Source of the DNA: Atractiella rhizophila
Taxonomy: Eukaryota
Reading direction: 5' to 3'
DNA: 51,345 bases
Assembly: GCA_021432655.1 (NCBI GenBank)
Contig: MU271452.1
Location: 11,516-62,860, forward strand
Positions within the stretch are counted from its first letter, which is position 1, and each line of letters opens with the position of its first letter. Below, piece after piece: positions 40,719 to 51,345 of the stretch. The translations under genes and the position numbers were made by a program. Below the pieces are notes generated by a model, which saw nothing but the letters and a program-made list of their open reading frames with translations, was not told the origin of the DNA and searched no databases.

Positions 40719-42189
40719 TTAATCAGCATTTTTCTTCCTGCCCTTTACCTTTCCTCCCAGGTATAGTTCCAAAAATGCCTTCTTCTCCTCCCACCCCATC
40801 CCTACACACCTCTTCAGCTTCGCCATCTCGCTCATCTTCGTTTCCGCCATCCTCATCTCGTCCTTCCCGACCAAGGAAGCCTCCAAAGGAGTCGCCGACA
40901 CTTTAACGAGTAGCGAGCGAGGGAGGGGAGAGGAGCAGACGCGGAAGAGGTGCAACAGAGGGTTGAGTGTTGTAGGGACAGGTTGAGTGACGGAAGACAG
41001 CAGAGGGGAGGGCGGGGGATGCTTGAAAACGATGAGGTGATATCTCGTCCGAGTTGAAGTTGAAGGGGTACCAGGCAGAGCGGTCGTGGTGGGCGGGGTA
41101 GGGATGAAAGATGCCCATTTAAGCAGACCACGATTGTTTGACGTTGTGCACTGTACCCATTCCAACAATCATTAGACTAAAGAGAAAAGAGGAGGATAAA
41201 GCACGCAGAAAGGAAGACGAAAGAGAAACCCACCTCTGGAAAAAGGACCCCGACCCTCCCACTTTTCTGCAGTTTCTTTTCAATCTCACCCAACGACTCT
41301 CCCTCTGCTGTTGGAGCGACAGCAGGTATCAAGCCCGTCCGGAGGATCATCCGTAGCGGGGAGACGAGAGAGAACGAAATCTGCGCTGCACCGCTGGAGG
41401 TAGACACATGAGGCAGGAGGAACTGTGCTTTGTACCTGTTCTCCTCGATGTGAGATTGGGGGAAAGAAAGGTGGGGACAAGAGGGACCAACCGAAATGAC
41501 AGATACAGGACATCAATGTAAGAGGTCCAGTTCGAAACTATGATATCGCCTCCTCGAATAGACGCGTCCTTCTTGGGGAGGCTCGCGCGTGAAAGTCTAT
41601 CCAGATTCTATCAGCATGCACGTCAAAGATACTTTGCTTGGGCACCCTCCACAAAGGGGAGAACGTAGGGTAAGGCAGCACACCTTTGTGAAAAGGTGTC
41701 GACGTTTATCCAGGAATAACCCAGGAGAAGAAGTGTCAATCTGTCGAGCACAGGTAACACAAGAGGGAGGGATTCTAATGGTGACTGTTCTCACACCGCA
41801 TGACATTAGCTCATTTCGCAAGGAAAGATAAGGACGCAGTGACGACAGAACAAGCAGGGGAGAGAAGACGTACAAGGAGAAATCTCAGCAAAAAGATGAG
41901 TATGACCAGAAGAGTTCTTGGGATGGCGAAGACGACGCCGAGAACTTTTGGTAGGAGAAGAATGGGGGAGAGTGTCTCTGCTGCTGGTACCGGTGGCAGA
42001 AATGGCGCTATACCTGTAGAGGGGTCCTGTTTTCACATATCCACCATCGCAAACAATGTCAGGGATTTGAATTCATGGGTCATCTCGGCGAGCTCGAGGG
42101 GAGACGAACGCGCCAGGTCGTATACTGTGTTCCACGTCTTCAGGAAGTACTGGTAAACAATTTTGGGAAGCAACAAATACCTTCTCCAT
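40719..42189 (-). CDS. LOA1: Lysophosphatidic acid acyltransferase Loa1/Vps66-like, spliced
   Basis: Spliced N-terminus MEK|YTTWR|DPSTGIAPFLPP, acyltransferase motif GDIIVSNWTSYIDVLYL, VLFPE|CTTSNNRGLLK and C-terminal GMGWEEKKAFL. Confidence 0.85.
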
Positions 42190-42649
42190 CTCTATTCACT
42201 GCCAGCTTATTGTTCTACCACTAGTTTACTATGAAGCGGACAATCTGAACACTTCCTCCTATTTTATTTCTCAAACTAGCTCGACGCAGAAATCCTGAAG
42301 AATAGCGTCTTTCGTTGTTCAACTTGACTTCTCACCTGGAGTCCTCACTAACTGCTTGACTCTCTAGTTTGATGTTTAATTCTTTATTCTTCTTAGTCAA
42401 GCAGATGCGCATGGATACTAACACCGCTGTCTACCTTTTGGTTGAGATATTGGAACGGAAAAGCATGCAACGCCTGCACTGAAAGTATATGGTACGACAA
42501 CCGTTATCATTCGTTTTTATCTTGTTTACAACCCAAGTTCTAAGGTGGTAGGTCACCAACATCGCAGTCAACTTGAAGAGAGAGTTTTCCACAGGCAGTA
42601 TGAGCACACACAAGAGAATCAACTCAGCAGTCCGATTCGTCAATCTACT

Positions 42650-44463
42650 TTACTTGAAAACCTGCACATCAATCACAAGCATCAGCATTGTTCTTTGTTC
42701 ACAAGCTGAAGAGAGAAATCATACCTTGCCATCGGCGAATTTGAGGCCCTCGAACTCATCAGTCCATGCCCAAGCAGCTTCAATTGCCGCCCTGTCCTTC
42801 TTCAAATCAATCTGCCTGAACTCGTAGCTCTCGTAGTCTGCACGAAGTCGAAGATTCAGCGACTAGTGTCATTGCAGGCCGTGAAGGCAAAGAACGAGAC
42901 GAACCAGGTCCAACTTCAAAGACAGGCTTCCACTCGTGCCCCCGGAGCATGTAGATTCCCCGAATCTTCGAATTGTTGTTCTCCCCGTACACTCCAGCAG
43001 AGCCAAAAAGGTATTTCCTCGACGCTTCCAGCCTGGTGTGGAGCCCTCCGATCAAGTTGGCGGACATGTAGACTGTTTCAACCAAGGACATCTGTCAGCT
43101 ATCCACTTGGCTAGAGCAGGGCAGGGAAAGAGCACTGACCTTGGGTGAGTTCGGCAGGGTACTTGTAGACGACCTCCCAGAGCGAGTAGTCTTTCGCATC
43201 AAAGTGTTCATCGAGCCACTTCATCGCGTCCTTCGTCTCATTGTTGGAGTATTGCCTCTTCCACTCATCAAGAGGGAAGGAAGCGGCGCCACCGAGCGCC
43301 TCGCACGGGTGCTTGGCTTTGGGTTCAGCAGGGACGGATGGCTCATCTTCCTCCTCAGCCTCCTTCTTTGGCTTCTCCTTCTTCTCCTTTGGCGCGGCGG
43401 CAGCCTCTTTCTTCTCCTTGGCAGGAGCGGCTTCCTTTTTGGCAGGCGTGAATTTCAGAGCAACTTCGATGAGGTCAGGCTTGGGGACGACGGCTTTGTA
43501 TTGGGGTTGGTTGAGGAGAGTGAGCAGGTGGCGGGTCGTGTTGGGATGCGCCTTCCTCCACTGGGCATCGAAGACCTGTTGGGAGACGTTCGAACAAAAA
43601 TCGTCAATGATCCCTTTCATGGAGAAAGAGGCGACAAACAAATTGGGCCGCCCTATAAGTAAAGCTGGCGAACATAATATCAGCCAGCGAAATGCGCTCT
43701 CCAACAAGGTAAGTCCTGGTCGCCAGGTGTTTCTCGACGATTCCAACAACGAGCTCAGTCTTGGCTTCCGCTTCAACAGCAGCAGTTTTGTTGTAGCCGA
43801 CTCCGGTCTTCAAGGGACCAAACCACTTGAAGGCGGTTGGAAGGTATTCCATGTTGAAGACTACGTAGTCATAAAAAGTCAGTCAAAGATCGAACCTGTG
43901 TAGTGGAGCGGAAACCGTACAAGAGAGCCATTGAGCTACCTTCGCCTCGTTTTCGACGCCCTTGCCTAGCAGATTGTACTTGTTCTGGCTCTTGTTTTTG
44001 ATCACTGTGAATCCGTATAAATCTCGTCAATCATCGTCACGATCATTCACTCACAGTACTAAAAACGCAAATTTCCGCCATTAGCCCAAGCATGTCGACC
44101 AGAGCATTGAAAGAATAACTCACAGAAGCAATGGGGAGAACTTCGAATAGGCTGAAATCTCCATCCTCGTAAGCTGGAATCTATACCGATCGATATTTCT
44201 CAATCCCATCGTTGATCTCCTGATAAAAAGAGGCAAACGCACCTTTCCGTAAGGAAATTTCTCAACGTATTTATCCCAGCCAATGGCTGAGTCTTTAGCA
44301 GCAGCATTGCAGTGAACCCACTCGACATCGAGGCCCTCGTATTGCGCGAGGACTCTGAGGATGGTGCCTCGAGCATTCCCCTCGTATTGATGCTACATCG
44401 CGCCGATCAGCTATGCTCAGAACGTGTCGTATGAAAGTTCCTCACGATTTTACCGACCGACAT
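42650..44463 (-). CDS. Translation elongation factor 1B-gamma (GST-like N-terminus plus EF1G C-terminal domain), spliced
   Basis: KFPYGKIPAYE, HLATRTYLVGERISLAD, PKAKHPCEAL, LDEWKRQYSN, YMSANLIGG...RLEASRKYLFGS, ending DGKVFK*. Confidence 0.95.
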
Positions 44464-44653
44464 GTTATGATCTCGTATGTTGCTGGAGTGGTTTGCAATG
44501 CAGCAGAGCAGAAAGTCGATATGGAAAATTTCTCTGATCGCGTCCTTCTTGCCACACACTCGTTGTCACCCTTAGTCACGCTCTAGTCCACCTTGAACAG
44601 TCGCATTGCCCTTTCGTTCACGGGCGATCCTTAGCAGAATCCAAACAATCATC

Positions 44654-46639
44654 ATGGCAAGGATTAGATTGACGAAGCAGCAGAAAATATGGGCTGTTCT
44701 AGTGATAAGCACAACCTTTTTCGTCGTCGAGCTGGTCTTTGGTGCGCTTCCCCTGTTCACTTTGTGCACCAACTCAACATTCGTCCAGGCTTCAAGAATC
44801 GCAGTCTTGCGCTCGTCGCTGATGCTTTTCACGTCCTAACAGACAACCTAAGCTATGTGGTGGCGCTTATTGCCATTCGAATGGTACGTTTCTCGTTATG
44901 TAAATCAAGTCAGAGAGAGGCTCCAGTGCTGCCGTCAATACAATCTACTTCCAAAAACTTGTTCGTTGGAACATCTGAGGAGCAAGAGCGGAAGGTAGCA
45001 TAACTTTGCCCCTAGCTGCTCTTGCTGACAGCTAAACAAAGCAACGCAGCGCTCCGCTGGCTTGCCGTTCCGCTATGTTGCCAAGGCAAAACAAGCTCGG
45101 ACGTTTACGATTTGAAGGCAGCGCTGGGTAGCTCCGAGCACTCATTTTGCATGTTATGTGTCCAGGAGGAAGGAAGGAGTCCCGCGCATTACAGCTTTGG
45201 ATATCAGCGCGCAACTCTCCTTGGAGGATTCTTTAACGGTGTCTTCCTGCTTGCGCTGGGGCTTAGTGTGCTCTTACAGAGCATAGAGAGGTTTGTGGAG
45301 CTTGAAGGTATGCCGTACAACTTTCAATGTTGAAAATCCGTGCTCATGCAGACACTCTAGAGGTCAGAAATCCTAAAACTGTACTTATTGTATGTTTATT
45401 GGCCCTCGACATGGTGGAAGCTATCATTGATACTGAGTATCAGGTTGGAGGCGTTGGTCTTGCACTCAATATTTTGTCAATGGCATTCGTTCACGGTGCG
45501 CCGTCTTCTCCCTTATTTCTCCCTCTAACTCTCGCCGACTCGCAGAGCATCACGGACACGGACACGAGCACTCGCATAGTCAATCGCATTCACACTCAGA
45601 TTCACACTCTCACGAGCACAAGCATGCACATTCCCATACACAAGGGACAACTATTGATTCCCCCGATTTAAACCTTCCAGAAACCTCCACAACGAAAGGG
45701 ATATCCTCAGCTATCGAGGCCACACTAAATGCCATCCCAGTGCAAGACGAGCACGCGGACCATCATCATTCTAAGGCTGTTCAAGTGCTCAAAAAGCATA
45801 GGGATTTTGGGATGCTCGGCGTGTTTCTGCATTTGGTAGGAGATGCAATTAACAATATAGGAGTGAGTTGTCCATCGGCATCAGCTATGCCCGTCCTCGA
45901 ATAACAGGATTGATTCCCAGGTCATGATTTCTGCCGTAATAATTTGGCAAACGACGTCTCCGTCGAGGTTTTACGCCGATCCAGCCATCTCCCTCTTCAT
46001 TGCGTTCTCGATTATCCTTACCGCTCTACCTCTTATCAGACGCAGCGGACGGATATTACTGGACAGTGCACCAGCCGAGTTAGACATTGCAGGAGTAGAA
46101 AAGGATATTGTTGCGGTTCGTTACACCCTGCTCCTGTTATAAACGCTCCCTCATAAGAAAACGATGAAGATTCCGGGCATTCTAGACGCACATGACCTTC
46201 ACGTTTGGTCACTTACGCAGAAGAAACGTATAGCCTCTGTCCATGTTGCCACATCAGAAGACTCCATCCAAAGCTTTATGGCAGCTGCGCAGAAAGTCCG
46301 GGAGGTTAGTTTTCGTGTTCTCCGCTTTAGATTCCTCCTTCATGTTTGAAATCCCAGTGTCTGCACCACTGGAGTATCCACAGTGTCACCATACAGCCAG
46401 AATACGTCGATCCCCTTCGAGCAGCCCACGAAGCGACCAGGTCCATTTCTTCTCCGTCTACTCCTGCCCTTTCATTCACGGTCCTAAGCACGCCGCCAGA
46501 TACGGACCATGATGGAGAAATAGAGGAGGACACCCCACCATCAAATAATGTAACAGAGGGGATGAAATTGAAGCAGAGGAGGTGTCAGCTTCGGTGTCCA
46601 CCAAGTTCGAGCTGTGAGAACCTCATTTGTTGCTCGTAA
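44654..46639 (+). CDS. Cation diffusion facilitator zinc transporter (ZRC1/COT1/ZnT1-like), spliced
   Basis: FFVVELV, SLALVADAFHVLTD, YSFGYQRATLLGGFFNGVFL, His-rich loop, GVFLHLVGDAINNIG, YADPAISL, HDLHVWSL and IHSVTIQPE. Confidence 0.95.
44949..45139 (+). ncRNA. Candidate structured intronic RNA (tandem hairpins, possibly H/ACA-like) in intron 2 of the CDF gene
   Basis: Four inverted-repeat stems in a 282 nt intron, with an ANANNA-like hinge and an ACA after the following hairpin. No homology evidence. Confidence 0.3.
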
Positions 46640-46851
46640 CAATATGGACATTTAGGAAGGTACGTCTAGCCTCTGTCTTTTTAGTCATCCGTTATCAGAT
46701 CTTGACGTTTGATATGAAGTTATGTGGCGATGTCCATTCTCCGAATGTCAAGAAATGTAACTTTTCCCGGTTAGAATTGGTTTTCAGTCGCAGATTTTGT
46801 CTTTCTTCGCTGTTTTTGAATTACCCTATTGATTTGAAGGAGTAATGTCAC

Positions 46852-47996
46852 CTACAATCTATGGAGTGGAGGAGTATCGATGCATAAGGTTCTTCCATGC
46901 TTGTGCTTGATTGTCTTTCCAGAACGATACTCTTTCACCCAAACTCTTAGAGACTCGAGTACTAGACGATCACAAACACTGTGTATTTCCGTGTTATTGC
47001 GTGGTTCTTGCAATATATACTTACCCCACATGCAGGATTGAGAGGATGAAGCTTTATTATCAGTGGCGATCCGTCGCAGGGGAAAGCCCCAGTAACAGAA
47101 CAAGTCTATCGCTTTCATAATGATAATCCAAATTAATTCAGGAGCACACGAGTGCATGACACAGTTAAGTAACAACATCTGTCCATGAGCAGTGAAGAGC
47201 AGTGAAGAGGCAAATGCAGCTGTCCGTGAGCAGTTCAACAGAGACAATAACAAGATTCGCAAGCCCAGTCAGTAGAATCCAAGGCCCACATTCTCACACT
47301 CTTCATAAGAATAACGCGAGACCGGAATGCATTGGGAGAGATAAGTCTCAATCGAAGGTCGTTGAATGGGGACAATCTCTCCCGTATCGCTGGCGAGAGA
47401 GCTCGCCAGGGAGAAGACAGATGAGGTAGACGACGATGATTCCCAATCAGAGGCAGAATCGTGATCTTCAATCGTTGCCGAGGAGGATGCAGGAGAGGGT
47501 GGAGCCATGTACATCTGCGCCTTCCTTTGCAGCGCCGCGACATCGTTGAAATAAGCGTCACGATCAAAAGTTGGACGAGCTACGAATGATTGGTTGAAGC
47601 TGGTCTGCCAGCTTCGCCCTCGAGGGAGCGGTGTAGAGTGGTTGGCCGAAGAGCGTTGCTCGCAAGACGGATACAGAAACCTCGAGTCGACGTACTCCGG
47701 GGCTGCATTACAGGATGTCGCGAGAATCTCTTCGTCATTCAGGTTTGGGCAGCCGGTGACCATGACGCCTTCGTCAGATTAGCCACTGTCGAAAGTGTTG
47801 CAAGTGAATGCATACCGGGGATGAGGACGTCGTCTACCTTGTGTGGCATAACTAGGAGAAAGAAAGACTTGGGAGAGAAGGAACTGCAGCTCTGATCAAC
47901 CACAGAACACACTTCTCGCATGAGGCGGGTAAAACTTACAAAGTTTCCTCCCAAACGACACATTTCGTCGGAAGGTAGTTTCGAAGTTGAACACAT
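46852..47996 (-). CDS. Hypothetical spliced protein, Ser-rich
   Basis: ATG at 47996 with TATATAAAA about 110 bp upstream. Plausible GT-AG introns link ORFs 47739-47996, 47269-47763 and 46852-47262. No recognisable domain. Confidence 0.4.
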
Positions 47997-49230
47997 AGTC
48001 TCTGGTATTCTCTCTGCTCTCTTGCGTTATACATTTTGATACTGATGAGGTATATCGAAAGAAAAGAAGACCCGTGTCTTAGAACATTCCAACAACTTTA
48101 GGCATTTTATATAACACTTCAGCTATCAATCTCTTTCCGGTACTTGCCTTTCTTGTCAGAGCACAGACTAGGATTGGTCACAAATTTACCATTTTCGATG
48201 CTTGGCAAACGACCGTTGAATATGACATATCATTTTTTAGCTTCCGGCTCCGGCGATATTAATTCGTTGAACTTCGTTTTGTGCTGTCACAGCGCTTGTA
48301 CCTGGATGTTGTTCTAACAGACGTTTGCCTGTATGTGACAACCAGATGAACAAATTTGACGTTGGCGGTATTTTTCTTGTAGTCTTTGCATCAGTTATAT
48401 TATTCAAATTCACCACTTAAGCAAAACTTCATCTGCCACGAGATTGGCGAATCACAATAAAGGCATTGTTAAGGCGACGCCGTTAACTCCCAGATATCCC
48501 AGTTTTAGTCTTGTTTTGTTTGCGTGTCGAAAAAACCATGTCGGCTCGTAAACGATATTAAAATGAGTGTCAATGTAAGCAATCTCCATTGAAACATTAT
48601 CTCTGCAACACTGTCAGGACTTCCAAGGAGATATAGAGAGGATGTATCCGCGCTGCTTTAATTGAGCATACATCCGTTAATACATGGCTTGAAGTAGAGG
48701 GATCAACAGCATGGATGATTACAGCAACTCATTATTGTCACCCTCATGCTGCTCCTCATAAATCATGAATCTGTCTCACGAGATCCAAGGTGACAAACGA
48801 CTGGTGGTACCTTTGTCCAAGTCTTCTTTCTTCTTGTGGTCATCCACGCTAAGGAATGAAAGGAGATAAATTTCTTTGTCTCAACCAACCTAGCATTGTT
48901 TGTCAGCAATTCCTTGCGTCTTGTTGGAGCAGAACTCTGTAGGATTTGGATCTCTTCACTCCACGTTCCCATGAAAGAAAACCACGCTTGTTAGTCCAAC
49001 AAGAATGGGCGACAGCTACTCTCTACGATTCTTTGACTGGCTGGGGTGTATAAAGCCCACATTCCCTTACGAGACTAAGACATACTTCGACCGCCGTGTT
49101 TCGACAACACTGAATAGAAAGCTCCAAAAAAAACCTTAAGCTAGTAAACATTTCGGTATGCAATTCTGACTTTTTCTAGACGGCGCTTGACGTACACCTT
49201 CGCGTCACAGGGTTTCCTATCCTCCCTTTC

Positions 49231-50064
49231 ATGACTTCCGACATCAATTTCAGCCTCGCAGACGCTCTGTTCGGGGAGCAGGAGAACAATATATCTTGGG
49301 TATATGATCGCTCAGTGGTGGAAGATATTGCGACACCCCCTTCCATTTCTGAGGCCATTCCACATGTCACCACACAACATCTGCGACGAGGTTCTCTACA
49401 TACTGCACCGAGGAGATCTGCTTCGCGAAACGTGACTCCTATCAGTGGGACAGGACGGACTACGAAACAGCTGATGGGGAGCCCTTCATACAAGAAGAAT
49501 AGGGAGTCAGCGATGATTATGGATCTGATTGATTCAGTGAAACGGCGCAGACGGTCGGCTGGGAGATCAGCACCGTTCTCCGAATCAACAACAGATGCAC
49601 TGACAAGGAAAGAATCGCCAGAACCGGTCATGATTTGTCTCTCTTGCCCGATACATTGTCGTGGTCCTCCATCTTCTCCGGGCTCGACAATCCCTTCCAC
49701 AGCCGCTTCACCCATATCCCATAACGAGAATGATGAGGACGCGGTGCACGAGATTTTGGGACTAGGTGCAGAAACGAGCGAAGTTCCCTTAAGAATTGAT
49801 AAAGGTCGATTCATAGTCGGTAGGAGCAGGAAACGAAACGCTGAGGATGCCGGACTCCCAAATGCAAAGAGGAGGAGGATTGCGGGGTTGCAGGAGTTGT
49901 TACAGCAACTGCAGAAGCCGAATAGTCGTGGAAGAGATAGTGAGCCAGACCCACAATATGATTGTGAGGAAGGGAGTCACAAGAGCGAAATCAAAGGTAA
50001 TGGAATAGAAGGGAAAGCGGAGAGGATAGAAGTCAGGCGAAACATCAGAATAGTATTGAGCTAG
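49231..50064 (+). CDS. Hypothetical low-complexity protein with NLS-like basic clusters
   Basis: 277 aa open frame with RSRKR...AKRRR and an upstream TATAAAG near 49049. No family recognised. Confidence 0.5.
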   Translation: MTSDINFSLADALFGEQENNISWVYDRSVVEDIATPPSISEAIPHVTTQHLRRGSLHTAPRRSASRNVTPISGTGRTTKQLMGSPSYKKNRESAMIMDLIDSVKRRRRSAGRSAPFSESTTDALTRKESPEPVMICLSCPIHCRGPPSSPGSTIPSTAASPISHNENDEDAVHEILGLGAETSEVPLRIDKGRFIVGRSRKRNAEDAGLPNAKRRRIAGLQELLQQLQKPNSRGRDSEPDPQYDCEEGSHKSEIKGNGIEGKAERIEVRRNIRIVLS

Positions 50065-50409
50065 AATAATAGAGGAGCGTGTACTTTCCAGTTCCACGTA
50101 CTGGATACGTAAGATGGTACAATAGTTCAGAAGGGGAGCTTAACCAATTGCAATCGCAGATATCGACTTTGAAGAGCTGTCCCCAAAACTCGACTGATAG
50201 AGTATGACACTAGCACTAGGACTACGCAGCTTACAGAAAACGGACCTGAAATCGTGTTCAAACCCGCCACTTTCTTCTACAAATTGATTGGATCTTTCCA
50301 CTTTCACTAAGCTCGCCTTTTTGCAATGATTGTCAATGTTTACGGAACCGAAGCTTAGCTGGCCTAGAATTTGGTGTCGGACAAATAACACTTCTGGAAA
50401 AGGAGTTAG

Positions 50410-50615
50410 TGTTGGAAATCGACGGGCTGAGGAGCGGAGCTAAGTACGACTTGGTTACGTTTGGCTGAGCTCTTGCAAACGCATGAGCACCAGGAAATGG
50501 AATTCTATGTGTTTATATAGCTTACAGCAGTGGCAACTAGAAAATAGTAGAACATTCCAGAAAACTAAAGAACTTTGCCACTGAGTGGCACGAAACTAGA
50601 CTGCAAAATCCAACA
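50410..50615 (-). mobile_element. 3' LTR (206 bp) of an LTR retroelement
   Basis: Bounded by inverted termini TGTTGGA...TCCAACA, preceded on the minus strand by a purine tract (GGGCGGAAG, 50616-50624), with an internal TATATAAA. Lies downstream of a gag ORF. Confidence 0.8.
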
Positions 50616-50940
50616 CTTCCGCCCAGGCTTGTGGAGTGCCACGAGGCAATCAATAGAAAGTAGAGTTAATCGATAAGGTCATTTAAAAGGTAAACAAGAG
50701 TCAATTCAATTCTCAACAAGGGGATCTCAAACTTTAATACTCATCAAACCTTCCGCCGATTTCTTGCTTCTGCCAGCTTCAAGGCACATCAATACGAGGT
50801 CATAGCTGTCCCATGATGCTTCACCAACGATGAAAGATCGTCTTCCTACGCCTGAAGATGATACACGGCCTCCATTCGCCAAATTTCACCGGATCTTGAG
50901 ACCATTCAACTATTACTCCCCTCAATCTTCTTTTCTTCTT

Positions 50941-51345
50941 TTAAAAAGCTGCATCTATCAAGGCTTCATTGATAGCTAGGTGTGTACTCTCCTGTGGCTT
51001 CGCTTTTCTGTCGCAATCTCGAGCAATGTGAGTGGGATTACCACATATCCAACAGGCTCGTGAGGTACCGTTATTCTGGGATTCTGAATATCGTTCAAAT
51101 CTTCGACTATTCTCCCTCTGTTGTTCCTTCCTTCCCCATTTAGGCGCTGCTCTAGCCATTGCAGCTATCTCTATCTCTCCTGGTATTCCACCTCTTCTCC
51201 TCTCTTCATCCCTGAGTGCTGAAACGACTTCATCAATTGTCTGCTCCCCTTTCATGGCCATGAGCGTGCTGGCGAGGCTTCCCCATGTTTCTGCAAGGTT
51301 GAATGTCAGGACATCCGTAATATCTTGGTCTGACAGGGTTAGGCC
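50941..51345 (-). mobile_element. Ty1/copia-type gag C-terminal part (UBN2-like plus CCHC zinc knuckle), cut by the window edge
   Basis: Frame open from 51345: GLTLSDQDITDVLTFNLAETWGSL...TIDEVVSALRDEERRR, then CWICGNPTHIARDC, stopping at 50941. Confidence 0.88.

Overview
Intron-rich fungal DNA, most consistent with a basidiomycete (short ~45-60 nt introns, a FunK1 kinase, basidiomycete-type XRCC2 motifs). Most genes are conserved housekeeping genes: an IBTK/Btb1-like ankyrin-RCC1-BTB protein, a STE6-like ABCB transporter, a Yip1-domain protein, NHP2, a REC114-like gene, GET4, PEP4, VPS34, MET6, LOA1/VPS66, eEF1B-gamma and a CDF zinc transporter. Three accessory patches interrupt them. (1) 14.7-19.6 kb: a frameshifted XRCC2-like pseudogene fused to a copied piece of GET4, next to a FunK1 kinase. 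(2) 29.2-37.0 kb, the most interesting part: one gene fusing a cellular (RNAi-type, DxDGD) RNA-dependent RNA polymerase to a Upf1-like SF1 helicase, head-to-head across 145 bp with an intronless AAA_28/NadR-type P-loop kinase. This is a candidate two-gene RNA-silencing or antiviral module. The copy here has an in-frame TGA, two apparent non-GT splice donors and a ~1.03 kb tandem duplication that cuts helicase motif VI. (3) Right end: a copia-type gag followed by a 3' LTR with no pol. Exon boundaries were read by eye and family calls come from motif recognition; no database search was run.
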